Of a DNA stretch of 59,154 bases, positions 27,476-39,626 are shown one piece after another. The position numbers were made by a program, and so were the translations under genes. Location: positions 1-59,154 of the forward strand of contig JAGCDW010000015.1 in NCBI GenBank assembly GCA_017650945.1, read 5' to 3'. Below the pieces are notes generated by a model that saw only the letters and a list, made by a program, of their open reading frames with translations, searched no databases and was not told the origin of the DNA. Every line of letters begins with the position of its first letter. The first letter of the stretch is position 1. The DNA comes from Alphaproteobacteria bacterium. Its GTDB lineage: Bacteria; Pseudomonadota; Alphaproteobacteria; Rs-D84.

Positions 27476-27505
27476 TCCTCTGCTCTACCACTGAGCTACG
27501 CCGCC
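27431..27505 (-). tRNA. tRNA with CAT anticodon (elongator Met or Ile2)
   Basis: Minus strand reads GGCGGCG TA GCTC AGTGGTA GAGC A GAGGA ATCATAA TCCTT TGGTC AGGGG TCCGAAT CCCTT CGCCGCT A CCA. The cloverleaf is good, and the T-loop again has C at position 55. Confidence 0.75.
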
Positions 27506-27635
27506 ATAACACCGCGCATTATAACAAACTTTTTCCCGATTGCAAGAATTTCGTGTGCGCGCGAAAACCGGACAAAAATCCTGACTTCATTTTCCCATTT
27601 GAACATTGACCCAAAATAGTGTATAATTGTTTGTC

Positions 27636-28202
27636 ATGAAAAAAATTGCGATTATTTTACTTGCCACGACAATGACGGTTTTTTCGGCTTTTGCCACAAC
27701 GACCCGCAATACCTTTACCGGATATTACAAGAATCAATTTTCCCTGTATATCGGCCAAGGTATCGACAGCGGATTTTTATTGCCACCACCGTTAAAGCCC
27801 GTTCCGTTTTATTTGTTCAATCTGCAATATTCGCAACCAACAACTTTTTTCAGTTTGCCGGCGCGCCAATCGCTTAGTATCGGACAAACACTTGGCTTCG
27901 GTTCAAAGTACGGATGGGACTGGGACAAATACACGATTCCAATGGTAATGCTTTCGGGCGATGTCCGGCTTTCGGAATACAAAAAACTTTATGTTGCGGC
28001 CGGTGCGGGTGTCGGTATGCAGGCACAACAAAACGAACGGCTTGGCGCAAAGTTGTTGTTTCAATTTAAAATAACTGCCGGATATCACATAAATAACAAT
28101 TGGGCGATAGAGGCGTTTATGCACCACTTTTCAAACGGAAATACTGCGCCGGAGAATTATTCGTATGCATTCTATGGTCTTGGCATGACGTATAGTTTTT
28201 AG
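27636..28202 (+). CDS. acyloxyacyl hydrolase (PagL-like lipid A deacylase family)
   Basis: Signal peptide, a beta-barrel-like sequence, HHFSNGN (H-x-S-N catalytic motif) and a terminal ..GLGMTYSF. Confidence 0.65.
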   Translation: MKKIAIILLATTMTVFSAFATTTRNTFTGYYKNQFSLYIGQGIDSGFLLPPPLKPVPFYLFNLQYSQPTTFFSLPARQSLSIGQTLGFGSKYGWDWDKYTIPMVMLSGDVRLSEYKKLYVAAGAGVGMQAQQNERLGAKLLFQFKITAGYHINNNWAIEAFMHHFSNGNTAPENYSYAFYGLGMTYSF

Positions 28203-28273
28203 TGTATTCCCCTTCGCCGGCGAAGGGGGGGACCGGCGGAGCCGGTGGGGTAGTGGTACACTAACCATTAATA

Positions 28274-28939
28274 TCACCACTCAATCGCATGGCCACCATG
28301 CGCAACAATATATTCATTTGCTTTGGAAAAATGACGACAGCCGAAAAATCCCCGATATGCCGAAAGCGGTGACGGATGCGCGCTTTTCAGAATCAAATTG
28401 CGCGATGCGTCCACAAATTCCGCCTTGCGTTGCGCATAAGACCCCCACAGCATATAAACCAAACCGTCGCGCGCGGATAATGCACGAATCACCGCATCGG
28501 TAAATTGCTCCCACCCGCGGCCTGCGTGCGATGCCGCCAAATGCGCCGCAACCGTAAGTGTGGAATTTAACAATAAAACACCCTGACGCGCCCACGATGT
28601 CAAATCGCCGTGCGTCACGCTTGGGCGACCCAAATCCGATTCGATTTCTTTATAAATATTGACAAGTGACGGCGGTGGCGTAATTCCGTCTGGCACAGAA
28701 AAACAAAGCCCGTGCGCCTGGCCCGGTTCATGATACGGGTCTTGACCAATAATCACAACACGCACAGAATCAAACGGACACAGGTTAAACGCATTAAAAA
28801 TATTTTTTGCCGCCGGATAAATTTTTTTCCCCGCCATATATTCCCCACGCACAAAATCGGTCAATTTGATAAAATAATCTTTATCAAATTCATCCGCCAA
28901 CACCCGTTTCCAAGATTCTTCTATTTTTACTTGCACCAT
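28274..28939 (-). CDS. ung: uracil-DNA glycosylase
   Basis: GQDPYH, LLLN and HPSPLSA motifs. Confidence 0.95.
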   Translation of the reverse strand: MVQVKIEESWKRVLADEFDKDYFIKLTDFVRGEYMAGKKIYPAAKNIFNAFNLCPFDSVRVVIIGQDPYHEPGQAHGLCFSVPDGITPPPSLVNIYKEIESDLGRPSVTHGDLTSWARQGVLLLNSTLTVAAHLAASHAGRGWEQFTDAVIRALSARDGLVYMLWGSYAQRKAEFVDASRNLILKSAHPSPLSAYRGFFGCRHFSKANEYIVAHGGHAIEW

Positions 28940-29014
28940 TTACCACTTCCTTTTTTCTGAAATTGATTTATATGAGATTTATGCGCAGCGGCGGGCGAAC
29001 GTAGTGTACAAACG

Positions 29015-29674
29015 CTACATGAGTGAGCCCGACCGCAAGCAGAAATCCATAGAAATCAATTTAAGCTGACATGCTTTCCAAAGAACGACATCAATATACC
29101 CCCGTGGCAATCCTGTTTCACGCACAAGGTGCGCAAACATATCATCGCACGCCGATTTTATTTCCGGGGTCAAATCATCTATACGGCGGATTCCGGCGTA
29201 TAGCGCGCCCAAGCGCCGAATCCAAACATCATATTTTACAACATCTATTCCCAAATTCCGCCCAAGGTGATTTGCAGTTATTTTTCCAATATGCGGCAGT
29301 TGACCCAGGTATGCCAAACGCGATTCATCTGTCGCGCAATTATAAAAACCATCGCACAGCCCTGCCCTGTTTTCCCAGATTTTACAAATCGCACTTATTT
29401 TATTTTTATTATGAAACATTTGAAACAGCGCATCAAAATCCGCACCATTTTTATAGATATATTCCATTATATTTTTATGAATCCGCTTTGCGGTTTTTTG
29501 CGAAAACCCGCCCGCCAAAATCACATAGGCGCACATGGTCGCAAACTCATCTGCAGTAAACACGCGCGGCCGCGATAACATTTCACGAATTTCATCAAAA
29601 GATTGGGCGTCACTGTCTGCGCCCAAATCTTTTATTTTTTTCTCTAACCCAAAGAACCATTCCGCCGTGAACAT
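29015..29674 (-). CDS. HhH-GPD-like base-excision-repair-fold protein (tentative)
   Basis: LPHIGKITANHLGRNLG looks like a helix-hairpin-helix. Its start abuts the gyrB stop (TAAATG), so it is probably co-transcribed. Confidence 0.4.
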   Translation of the reverse strand: MFTAEWFFGLEKKIKDLGADSDAQSFDEIREMLSRPRVFTADEFATMCAYVILAGGFSQKTAKRIHKNIMEYIYKNGADFDALFQMFHNKNKISAICKIWENRAGLCDGFYNCATDESRLAYLGQLPHIGKITANHLGRNLGIDVVKYDVWIRRLGALYAGIRRIDDLTPEIKSACDDMFAHLVRETGLPRGYIDVVLWKACQLKLISMDFCLRSGSLM

Positions 29675-32098
<2,424 letters not shown>

Positions 32099-32149
32099 TC
32101 AAAAACATAGCAAATTGTGGTATAATTGTCAAAGAAAAAGGAGAAAAGC

Positions 32150-32458
32150 ATGCGATTTGATAATTTTGCAACAAAAGAAGAAAAAAAGAAGTTACCCGAA
32201 ATAACAGGTCCTCAAACCAAAACATATACAAAAGACGATTTTTTATCGGCTACAAAGTTGGTGAACGAACTCGGTTTACCGAAAGATGTCATTGAAAAGG
32301 CCATGCGGGACATGAGATTTAATCGAACAACAATCGTATTTAACAACCGCAAATCCCCCGTAATTATTGGATCAGACAAAAAAAATTTACGTGTTCACCC
32401 AATGGGTTTGGCTTTATTTAAAGAATATGTTTTAAAACAAAATGGTGGCAAAAAATGA
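32150..32458 (+). CDS. hypothetical small basic protein
   Basis: Extended -10 TGGTATAAT (32118..32126) and SD AAAGGAG before ATG 32150. Overlaps the next gene (ATGA). Confidence 0.5.
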   Translation: MRFDNFATKEEKKKLPEITGPQTKTYTKDDFLSATKLVNELGLPKDVIEKAMRDMRFNRTTIVFNNRKSPVIIGSDKKNLRVHPMGLALFKEYVLKQNGGKK

Positions 32459-33027
32459 AATTCAAATTACTATATTTTGGTGAAATTTTAATCAATCCAA
32501 AGAAACGCGCGCAACATGTGTCTGATATCCGGATGCAGTTTCACCCACAACTTAAAAAATTGTTGGAACACGAACCCTGGAACAATTTAACACAATACAT
32601 GGGACCAAATGCCAAGAAAAATCCGATTATTACCCGACATGTCGGTGGCATAGATTGGAACCCGATTATTACACCGAAACTAAAATTGATTGCGGAATTG
32701 GATATCCAAATGCTGCACCCAGAAATTATCGGTGTTCCGCGTTCGGATATCGACAATCGTATCAAGACGCTTTTTGACGGCCTGCGTTGTCCACAAAACG
32801 AACACGAAATCGGACAAAATGTGCCGCGTGATGCCGGGCCGATTTATACTCTGCTGGACGATGACCATTTGATAACAAAAATCTCGGTGAACACAAGCCA
32901 CTTGTTATCAAGTCATATGTTTGACCCGGAACTGGTAACAACAAGTCCGGATTGCGTGTTTATGATGATTGACGTAAACCTGCGTGTCGCCGAAGGAACC
33001 CTGGAAAACCTGCCATTTATGGTTTAG
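32455..33027 (+). CDS. hypothetical protein with RusA-like acidic motif (tentative)
   Basis: RSDIDNRIKTLFDGL ... LLDDDHLI resembles the RusA resolvase D-x-D-N..K...D.L ... DD..I pattern. At 190 aa it is longer than RusA. Confidence 0.35.
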   Translation: MKFKLLYFGEILINPKKRAQHVSDIRMQFHPQLKKLLEHEPWNNLTQYMGPNAKKNPIITRHVGGIDWNPIITPKLKLIAELDIQMLHPEIIGVPRSDIDNRIKTLFDGLRCPQNEHEIGQNVPRDAGPIYTLLDDDHLITKISVNTSHLLSSHMFDPELVTTSPDCVFMMIDVNLRVAEGTLENLPFMV

Positions 33028-33187
33028 TTTTTTAATGCCTCTTTGGACAACATATTGACCAACCCTGCCAATTCATCGGGTGATATTTTATACCCTGGAT
33101 TTTTTACAAAAAATTCCAAAATTGCGGCATATAGCGGTGTTTGCATTTCTTCCTCTCTTTTATGTTCTTTTCTCGATATCACCCAAC

Positions 33188-33222
33188 ATCACTAACCACA
33201 TACACTTGCACTAAACACTAAC
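33188..33222 (-). repeat. GTTAGTGTAAGTG-family dispersed repeat, copy d
   Basis: Minus strand reads GTTAGTGTTTAGTGCAAGTGTATGTGGTTAGTGAT. It contains the TAG stop (33218..33220) of the platform gene. Confidence 0.65.
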
Positions 33223-34288
33223 TTAGGAACGCGGTAATCTGGTCTTGCATTTGGAACGTCCCCAGGACAACCCATGCAATCACGCCTGATATCAACAAAA
33301 TACCAACAGTGTTCAGCGCATCCGACACAGATTCAATTTTTCGAACAGATTCTTCTAAATACTCATTTGAAATATGATTCAAATTTTCATCAAAATCGTT
33401 CATATCTGAATAGACCGCCAAATCGCCAATCAATTCTTGGCTTGGAAAATCCATACCTGTATTTTGCAACGCGTTTCCAAGGTTATCACCGTTCGCGATA
33501 TGTCGCAAAGTCTTGTCCAAAATGTTACGCAAATATTTACTGCCATTATCGGCGATAATACGCATCGCATCCGGTATTGAAACTCCAGACGACACCATCG
33601 CAGCCATAGACATCATCCAGCCAACAGAAACACGAATTTTATAAATACTCCACGGCGGCAATTTATCAAACAACACCCGTATACGTCCAGACCATACGGG
33701 CAACGAAAGCCACATCAAAACCACCGCAACCACGAATAAAAACGCAATAAACTTCCAATACTGCCCTGCCCATTCAGACAACCAAATAAGCGATGCGGCA
33801 CCACCTGTCCAAACCATACCTTCGCCGGCAACTTCGGCCAATGGCGGAACAAGGTAAATTCCAACCATAATGATAATACCAAACACCAAAACCAACAGTA
33901 ACAAAGGATATGCAATTGCACTAAACACCGCACGACTTATACGTTTGTTTGCGACAACAATCCGCCCAACATTTTCAAGTGCAACAATCAAACTCGACAT
34001 ATTACTGGACGTCAGCAACAAAGTTTCTTCGGTTGGAATCCAACCACGCGTTGCTTCGGAAAAACTAAGCCCGCGTTCAAGGTTTCTTTCCCATTCGCGC
34101 ATACATATCGCAAACGGTTCGTTTGGACGCGCCCCGCCATGCGATTCTGTCATCTGTAACCTGTTCAAAGCATTAACCAAAGTGAAATCGTTTTTAAGCA
34201 ACGATACCAATTTGCGCCAAACAGAAATCCGTTTGTCAGTGCTAAAACGACAAACCATTTTCGCGTAAAATAATTCAATCTTTGTCAT
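33218..34288 (-). CDS. type II secretion/type IV pilus platform protein (GspF/PilC family; R64 PilR-like size)
   Basis: 356 aa with three TM segments and two cytoplasmic T2SS-F-like repeats. Sits directly after the GspE-type ATPase. Confidence 0.7.
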   Translation of the reverse strand: MTKIELFYAKMVCRFSTDKRISVWRKLVSLLKNDFTLVNALNRLQMTESHGGARPNEPFAICMREWERNLERGLSFSEATRGWIPTEETLLLTSSNMSSLIVALENVGRIVVANKRISRAVFSAIAYPLLLLVLVFGIIIMVGIYLVPPLAEVAGEGMVWTGGAASLIWLSEWAGQYWKFIAFLFVVAVVLMWLSLPVWSGRIRVLFDKLPPWSIYKIRVSVGWMMSMAAMVSSGVSIPDAMRIIADNGSKYLRNILDKTLRHIANGDNLGNALQNTGMDFPSQELIGDLAVYSDMNDFDENLNHISNEYLEESVRKIESVSDALNTVGILLISGVIAWVVLGTFQMQDQITAFLS

Positions 34289-34290
34289 TT

Positions 34291-35913
34291 TTAATACACC
34301 CCCGGTCTATCCAGCAACCCAACCCAACGTTCTAATTCATCAACACCAATAATACCTTGTAACATCAACGAACATGCGGCTTCTTTTAATGTGCGACCAT
34401 CCATTTCTTCCAACCAATATTTGACGGCTTCATCTGTTTTCCCTGCAAGTGCCAATTGCAAGAAATCACTGTTGGTAATAATAATTTCGCCTGCCTTGAT
34501 ACGTCCAATTGTTCCTGTTCCGTTACAGTGTTCACATCCTGCGCCACGAATATAAACTTGATTCAAACCCAAATCACCAAACGCATCCATAACACGCGAA
34601 TATTCAGAACGTTCCGGATGATTTACAAGATGTTCTTTGCAATACGGACAAAGACGTTTGAACAACCGCATAGATATAAGTCCACGCATCATTGTTTCTT
34701 CTTTCAATTTAAACGCCTCTACCCCCATATCCAGCAAACGCACCAACGCCGCCATTGCAGAATTCGCGTGCAAAGTCGTCCAAACATTATGCCCAGACAA
34801 CGCACCTTTAACTGTAAGTTGCGCGGCAGCGAGTGTTCGTATTTCACCAACCATCAATGTATCAGGGTCGCTGCGCAACGCGGCGGCCAACGCTTCGGTA
34901 TATTCATTTTCGCGCTCTTCTTCATTTGCGGTATTTATAACAGGAATTTGATGTGCGCCAAATATTTTTTGTTCAACCGGGTCTTCAACGGTAATAAGGT
35001 TTATTTCATAATGATGTTCTTTTAACATTAAAACCATATTACGAACAAGTGTTGTTGATTTACCAGAACTTGTTGGACCAGCAACAACAACCAAGCCTGT
35101 TGGAAACGAACGCAATCTGTGTAAAAGTGTTTGTTCATATTTTCCAAATTCTTGCTCGGTTGTGATACTTTCGGACGGATTATCATACAGCAACCGCATC
35201 ACAACATAGCGCGACCCAAACGCCACCGGGTTGAATTGCATACGAATACTAAGCACACCTTCGGGCAAATATAAATCTTTTGTTCCACGCAACGGTGTGC
35301 GTCCATCTTTCTGGGCAGATTGATATTCGTTTTGGGCATAGTTTGAATTTGAAATATCTGCGGATGCAAACGCGGCACGCACAAAAGATTCGCCCCACCC
35401 CGAATTAAATTCCAAAACCGGTTGCATACTGCCATCGATACGAAAATAAATTGTTGTTTGGTCTGCAACCTCTATATGAATATCAGAAACTTTTTGTGCG
35501 GCGGCCTTGGCAACGATATCGATGAAATCTTTTTGCATTTGGTTGTTGTAATCTACACGCGACCGCGCCCCACCAAGTTTATTTTCATAATACTTATATA
35601 TTGCAGACAATAACCCAAGGTCAGAATAAAACGGCGACAGCATAGTAAGATTTCTTTTGCGCAACAAATCAAGAAACGCCAAAACCCGTCCATCATACCG
35701 ATGTGTCCGCGAAATAACTAAACCACCACCAGAAAAGTAAGCCAACAACCCTTGTGTTTCTTTTGGCAATTCAAATTCGCCACCATTGGCGGTCAGCAAT
35801 CTATTATTTTCAGAAAAAAGATATTCAACAATATCATCTGTGTCCGAACGTTCCATACCTGCGGGCACAGTTGGTCTTTTATCAAAAGAAACTTCTTCTG
35901 AAAAATCTTTCAT
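34291..35913 (-). CDS. GspE/PilB-family secretion ATPase (R64 PilQ-like)
   Basis: Walker A GPTSSGKST, EDPVE, DPDTLMVGEIR, His box TLHAN and the tetracysteine motif CPYC..CEHCNGTG. Confidence 0.9.
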   Translation of the reverse strand: MKDFSEEVSFDKRPTVPAGMERSDTDDIVEYLFSENNRLLTANGGEFELPKETQGLLAYFSGGGLVISRTHRYDGRVLAFLDLLRKRNLTMLSPFYSDLGLLSAIYKYYENKLGGARSRVDYNNQMQKDFIDIVAKAAAQKVSDIHIEVADQTTIYFRIDGSMQPVLEFNSGWGESFVRAAFASADISNSNYAQNEYQSAQKDGRTPLRGTKDLYLPEGVLSIRMQFNPVAFGSRYVVMRLLYDNPSESITTEQEFGKYEQTLLHRLRSFPTGLVVVAGPTSSGKSTTLVRNMVLMLKEHHYEINLITVEDPVEQKIFGAHQIPVINTANEEERENEYTEALAAALRSDPDTLMVGEIRTLAAAQLTVKGALSGHNVWTTLHANSAMAALVRLLDMGVEAFKLKEETMMRGLISMRLFKRLCPYCKEHLVNHPERSEYSRVMDAFGDLGLNQVYIRGAGCEHCNGTGTIGRIKAGEIIITNSDFLQLALAGKTDEAVKYWLEEMDGRTLKEAACSLMLQGIIGVDELERWVGLLDRPGVY

Positions 35914-35915
35914 GT

Positions 35916-36602
35916 TTAATTACCATTTGCAACATTCAATGTTTGTATTTCGCCATCTTTCGAAAACACAACGCCTTCGTCCAAAGATATAGATTTCACA
36001 GTATATCCATCCAAATCTTTACCAACGCTCAACTTTTTATTTTGACCATTTGATAAATCTTGAACAGTTGCCTGTAATTGCGACCCAGCCCCAAACACAT
36101 TGATAAGTTTGAATTTCTTTGTAATCTCTGTTTCAACCTTTGGCTGTGCCGGTTCCGCATAAGACGGTTGGGCCGGCGCATAGGATGGTGTTGGTGCGAC
36201 CTGTTTGTTACTCAGCGCCTCACGTTCGTTTTCCAAACGCTTCGCTTCGTTTTGTAATCGCGCGCGTTCTGTTTCAAATTCTTGTTGTTGCTGTTCAGCA
36301 CGCCCGGACAAAGTATCAATTTCCATATGCAACTTTATTTTTTCCGCCGCCAATCTATCCAAATCAAGATTCAGTTGCGCACGTTCTTTTTCCAATTGCA
36401 TCAACACTTTTTCCTGTTCCAAATCTGTAATCTGTTGAAACAGCGAACCATCAACATTATATTCTTCAACGGCATTTGCAGAAAATTCTTCATTTGCCGC
36501 AACATCGTCTACATTCACATCAATAATCGTGTCCACAGCATAACACGCTGATGTTATTCCGAACACAAACGCACACAGTAAAGTTTTAATTTTGTTTTCC
36601 AT
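35916..36602 (-). CDS. PilP-like pilus assembly protein with coiled-coil
   Basis: Signal peptide, a long coiled coil (LEQEKVLMQLEKERAQLNL..), and a C-terminal beta domain KLINVFGAGSQLQATVQDLSNGQNKKLSVGKDLDGYTVKSISLDEGVVF (PilP/GspC-HR-like). Confidence 0.5.
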   Translation of the reverse strand: MENKIKTLLCAFVFGITSACYAVDTIIDVNVDDVAANEEFSANAVEEYNVDGSLFQQITDLEQEKVLMQLEKERAQLNLDLDRLAAEKIKLHMEIDTLSGRAEQQQQEFETERARLQNEAKRLENEREALSNKQVAPTPSYAPAQPSYAEPAQPKVETEITKKFKLINVFGAGSQLQATVQDLSNGQNKKLSVGKDLDGYTVKSISLDEGVVFSKDGEIQTLNVANGN

Positions 36603-37881
36603 AGATTATCACCTCATAGTTCCACATTTTTCTGGTAGCATTCCACGACACACGCGTCATATACACACCACCAAAATCTTCAAATATTTTTATAAACTGT
36701 TCAGGGATAAGTTTTGTATCCACTGTAACCCCGGCGAAGTAAACATCAGCCGATTGCGCGCCATTTGAAATCACATCCACAACCGGAACGATACTTGCAT
36801 CAATATTTATAGATTGGAAACGACTTGTTAATTCACGAATTATCGTATCAACATCGCGCAAATCATACGAAGAATAAACGATGCGATCTGGCAATTTTGC
36901 GCGCACCAAGATTTCATCATCACTGATTTCTTGGACAAAAACACCAGGCATAATATCGCCGGCAATAACATAGAAATCATCCAAAGTTCCAAAAGAACGC
37001 CGAAAAGTTGCACTGACATGCGTCTTGCCACATTCGACACTCGTCTGATTCCACCCGGCAACCTGCTGCATCAAAAATCCAATTGCGCGATAGCACAAAT
37101 CTGCACGCTCAAACGGGTCTGGCAAAGAATCGTACGGCATAACAATCGGTTGATATAGAGGCTCTTGTCTTATATCAAATTGCGCGTCCAATTCTTTATC
37201 TTTTTCTTCAATTTTTCTTTTATATTCCGCGGCAAGTTCCGGATTTATTTTCGATATCTGGGGCTTTGGCGCAAAGACACGATTTATCGGTTCGCGAAAG
37301 AAATACAAAACCGCCAAAACAAACACGACCATCAAAATCAAAGACACCATACCCGAAGCAATCCGACTAATTGGGCGCAACACTGCATGAACGCGCCCCG
37401 AAATCAAATCAACCAAGTTACGTTCAACCGCGCGCGGAATTCCCCACGTTGCCGGCGCAAATGTTGCGTTCCAATCTGGAATCTCGTTCAATTCAGCATA
37501 TTTTTCACGCGCACTATCTTCATCTTCAAACAAAAGGTCATGTAAAATAACGCCGTTACGAACCGCAACTAAAACAAACTTTCCATCAACTTTGAACGCG
37601 CCCAACAACGAAGAATATCCCGGCAAAGCATTTATAATTTCAATTACAATCGACGGCATTCCGGAACGCAGCCCATTTGCGCGCGCGCCCAAACCAACCA
37701 TTTCATTATGCCGAACATAAAGGTTCAGCCGCCGATCAATACCGTTTGCTAATTTTTGCGCATACGCGCGCGTAGTAAACCCGGCCACCATCGGTTGCCA
37801 CATCAATCCCGATGCATATTTTTTTCTTTTAATATGAACAAATTGGCCAGACAAATTCTCTCTCCGAATTTCTGTGAACAA
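36586..37881 (-). CDS. type IVb pilus accessory protein PilO (R64/PilO2-like)
   Basis: N-terminus ..KRKKYASGLMWQP.., a central TM segment (MVSLILMVVFVLAVLYFF), ~430 aa, and a position just before PilP and the ATPase as in R64-type pil operons. The track start is TTG. Confidence 0.5.
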   Translation of the reverse strand: MFTEIRRENLSGQFVHIKRKKYASGLMWQPMVAGFTTRAYAQKLANGIDRRLNLYVRHNEMVGLGARANGLRSGMPSIVIEIINALPGYSSLLGAFKVDGKFVLVAVRNGVILHDLLFEDEDSAREKYAELNEIPDWNATFAPATWGIPRAVERNLVDLISGRVHAVLRPISRIASGMVSLILMVVFVLAVLYFFREPINRVFAPKPQISKINPELAAEYKRKIEEKDKELDAQFDIRQEPLYQPIVMPYDSLPDPFERADLCYRAIGFLMQQVAGWNQTSVECGKTHVSATFRRSFGTLDDFYVIAGDIMPGVFVQEISDDEILVRAKLPDRIVYSSYDLRDVDTIIRELTSRFQSINIDASIVPVVDVISNGAQSADVYFAGVTVDTKLIPEQFIKIFEDFGGVYMTRVSWNATRKMWNYEVIIYGKQN

Positions 37882-37920
37882 TTATAACATAAAACGAATA
37901 TCCAATTCCAGTGTAAAAAA

Positions 37921-39045
37921 TCAATAATTCCAATTCCAATTACCACTATCGGCATCAGTAATATTAAAACACCCATTCGCATCACAGAATTTTGTGTCGG
38001 ACGTATAATGACAAGTATTTTCTATGGTTCCAGCATTATCGGTGGTTTTGCCGGCACCGCAGTTATTTGGTGGACATATGTCGGCCAATGTTTCTATTTT
38101 CCCAAATGCAAGGCATGCGGTATTAAGATAACTTCCTTTTGGTACCTGTGTGCATTTACAAACCGTATATTGTCCACCTGGATCATTTTCATCAACGTGA
38201 CACCATGTCTGGCCAGATACAGGTGGTTCTAATACAGACTTTAAATCATAAGCAGCATCCACATAATAACCGCTATCACATTCGGTGCACCAATAATTGT
38301 TAATGGTATCATACGATATTTGTTGAGTAGCATATTGCGCATTTTGGGTTGTTGTTTTATTAGCTTTTGCGATGCAATGCAAATCCGGATCTGAATCAGA
38401 TGTTCCTTCGCAAATGCATTTTGTTGGGTTATTTTCCGCCGTCATCCATTGGTGGTTCTGATAATCCCATAGAACATCATTTTTTGGGGAACCGTTACAA
38501 TCACTGTTAAATTCGCCACAATTCAATGTTCCTGTGTAGCAATTTCCATCAGGTTCTATGTGTATTCTATATGTGGATACACCCTCCGGACACCAGAAAC
38601 TATCGTTTGAATAATGTTTGCATTGTAATATATTATCGCGTCTTTTATATATGCAACCAATATCGGCATAACAATCGTTAATACTTTTTGAACCTTCAAT
38701 TGATAATTTAAATTCTCCATCTGTTCCTTCTTCACAAGAACGTTGTTGATTATGCCACCCAGTACAGAAATAATTCTCGGTGCATGGGCGACATTCCGAT
38801 AAATTCGTATGATAAAAACAACCGGCTGTATTACCACATTCTTCAGAATTCGTGATACTGCTGCATGATTTGCACGCATTTTCTGTCGTTTTCCAATGAC
38901 AACCAGGTTCACGATTACACACTGTTTGATTAGTGATAGTTTCGCAATCGGTTGCTGCGTTTACAATTATTGGGTAGATCAATAATGCGAATAAAAAGAA
39001 CATTCTCATGGTTTGGAGAATAACATATAACAATTTTTGTTTCAA
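37921..39045 (-). CDS. secreted Cys-rich protein with furin/ephrin-receptor-like repeats
   Basis: Signal peptide ..FALLIYPIIVNA, more than 40 Cys with spacings such as C..C....C and CRPCTENYFC, and a C-terminus NWNWNY. Confidence 0.6.
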   Translation of the reverse strand: MKQKLLYVILQTMRMFFLFALLIYPIIVNAATDCETITNQTVCNREPGCHWKTTENACKSCSSITNSEECGNTAGCFYHTNLSECRPCTENYFCTGWHNQQRSCEEGTDGEFKLSIEGSKSINDCYADIGCIYKRRDNILQCKHYSNDSFWCPEGVSTYRIHIEPDGNCYTGTLNCGEFNSDCNGSPKNDVLWDYQNHQWMTAENNPTKCICEGTSDSDPDLHCIAKANKTTTQNAQYATQQISYDTINNYWCTECDSGYYVDAAYDLKSVLEPPVSGQTWCHVDENDPGGQYTVCKCTQVPKGSYLNTACLAFGKIETLADICPPNNCGAGKTTDNAGTIENTCHYTSDTKFCDANGCFNITDADSGNWNWNY

Positions 39046-39077
39046 TAATAAAAAGGCAAAAAGCCTTTTTACATTTT

Positions 39078-39554
39078 TTATTTATTGTGAAATTGATGCA
39101 ATCGTTGCACCGTCCATCCATGTGCAGTATACCAGATACTATCCACCAAACTCATGCCAGAAATATCATGTTCCGTACAATTTGGTAGGTGAGCCCCATT
39201 GATGGAATTTACATATAGCGTTCCCATTCCTCTAACTTTGGTTGGGTTGATATCTATCCGGGTTTGTAAAGTATCCCTTGCTCTATGAAAATTTGCTGGA
39301 CTCAAATTTGTGACATTCATTTCATTAAAATTTATAAAGACCGTCTTTACATCTGGTTTATCTGTTTCGTTTTTTATCATTTCTTTCGACGGAGCCAAAC
39401 CTACACATTGGTCCCAATCCCAATCAATAACAACCTCCCGTGTTGGTTCGTTTGTGTTATTTGTACCATTTGGTTCCTTTTTACATGCTGTCGCGAGTGC
39501 CGCCAACGCCGCAAGGAATAAAACACGATTCAATTTTGCTTTCTTCATGGCCAT
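39078..39554 (-). CDS. lipoprotein, unknown function
   Basis: Lipobox LAALATAC. Confidence 0.55.
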   Translation of the reverse strand: MAMKKAKLNRVLFLAALAALATACKKEPNGTNNTNEPTREVVIDWDWDQCVGLAPSKEMIKNETDKPDVKTVFINFNEMNVTNLSPANFHRARDTLQTRIDINPTKVRGMGTLYVNSINGAHLPNCTEHDISGMSLVDSIWYTAHGWTVQRLHQFHNK

Positions 39555-39626
39555 GCCCCTTTGGTTAAATCATTTTAATTTTAACCCAAAAATCCTGTAT
39601 TGTCAAGGCAATCCGTGTATTCTGCA

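Noticed and set aside
28209-28228. Perfect 20-nt GC-rich palindrome CCCCTTCGCCGGCGAAGGGG between the PagL-like gene and ung, considered as a terminator or solo MITE end
   Set aside because: There is no U-run on either strand. Similarity to the MITE termini is limited to the CGGCGAAGG core. It may be a degenerate fragment, but I cannot support either call.
33024-33146. 40-codon minus-strand ORF (MQTPLYAAILEFFVKNPGYKISPDELAGLVNMLSKEALKN) after the platform gene, considered as the missing pilin
   Set aside because: It has a decent SD (GAGGAAG). However, it has no class III signal peptide, no Gly/Phe-Glu cleavage context and no hydrophobic N-terminal helix, and it is too short. It is not reported as a gene.
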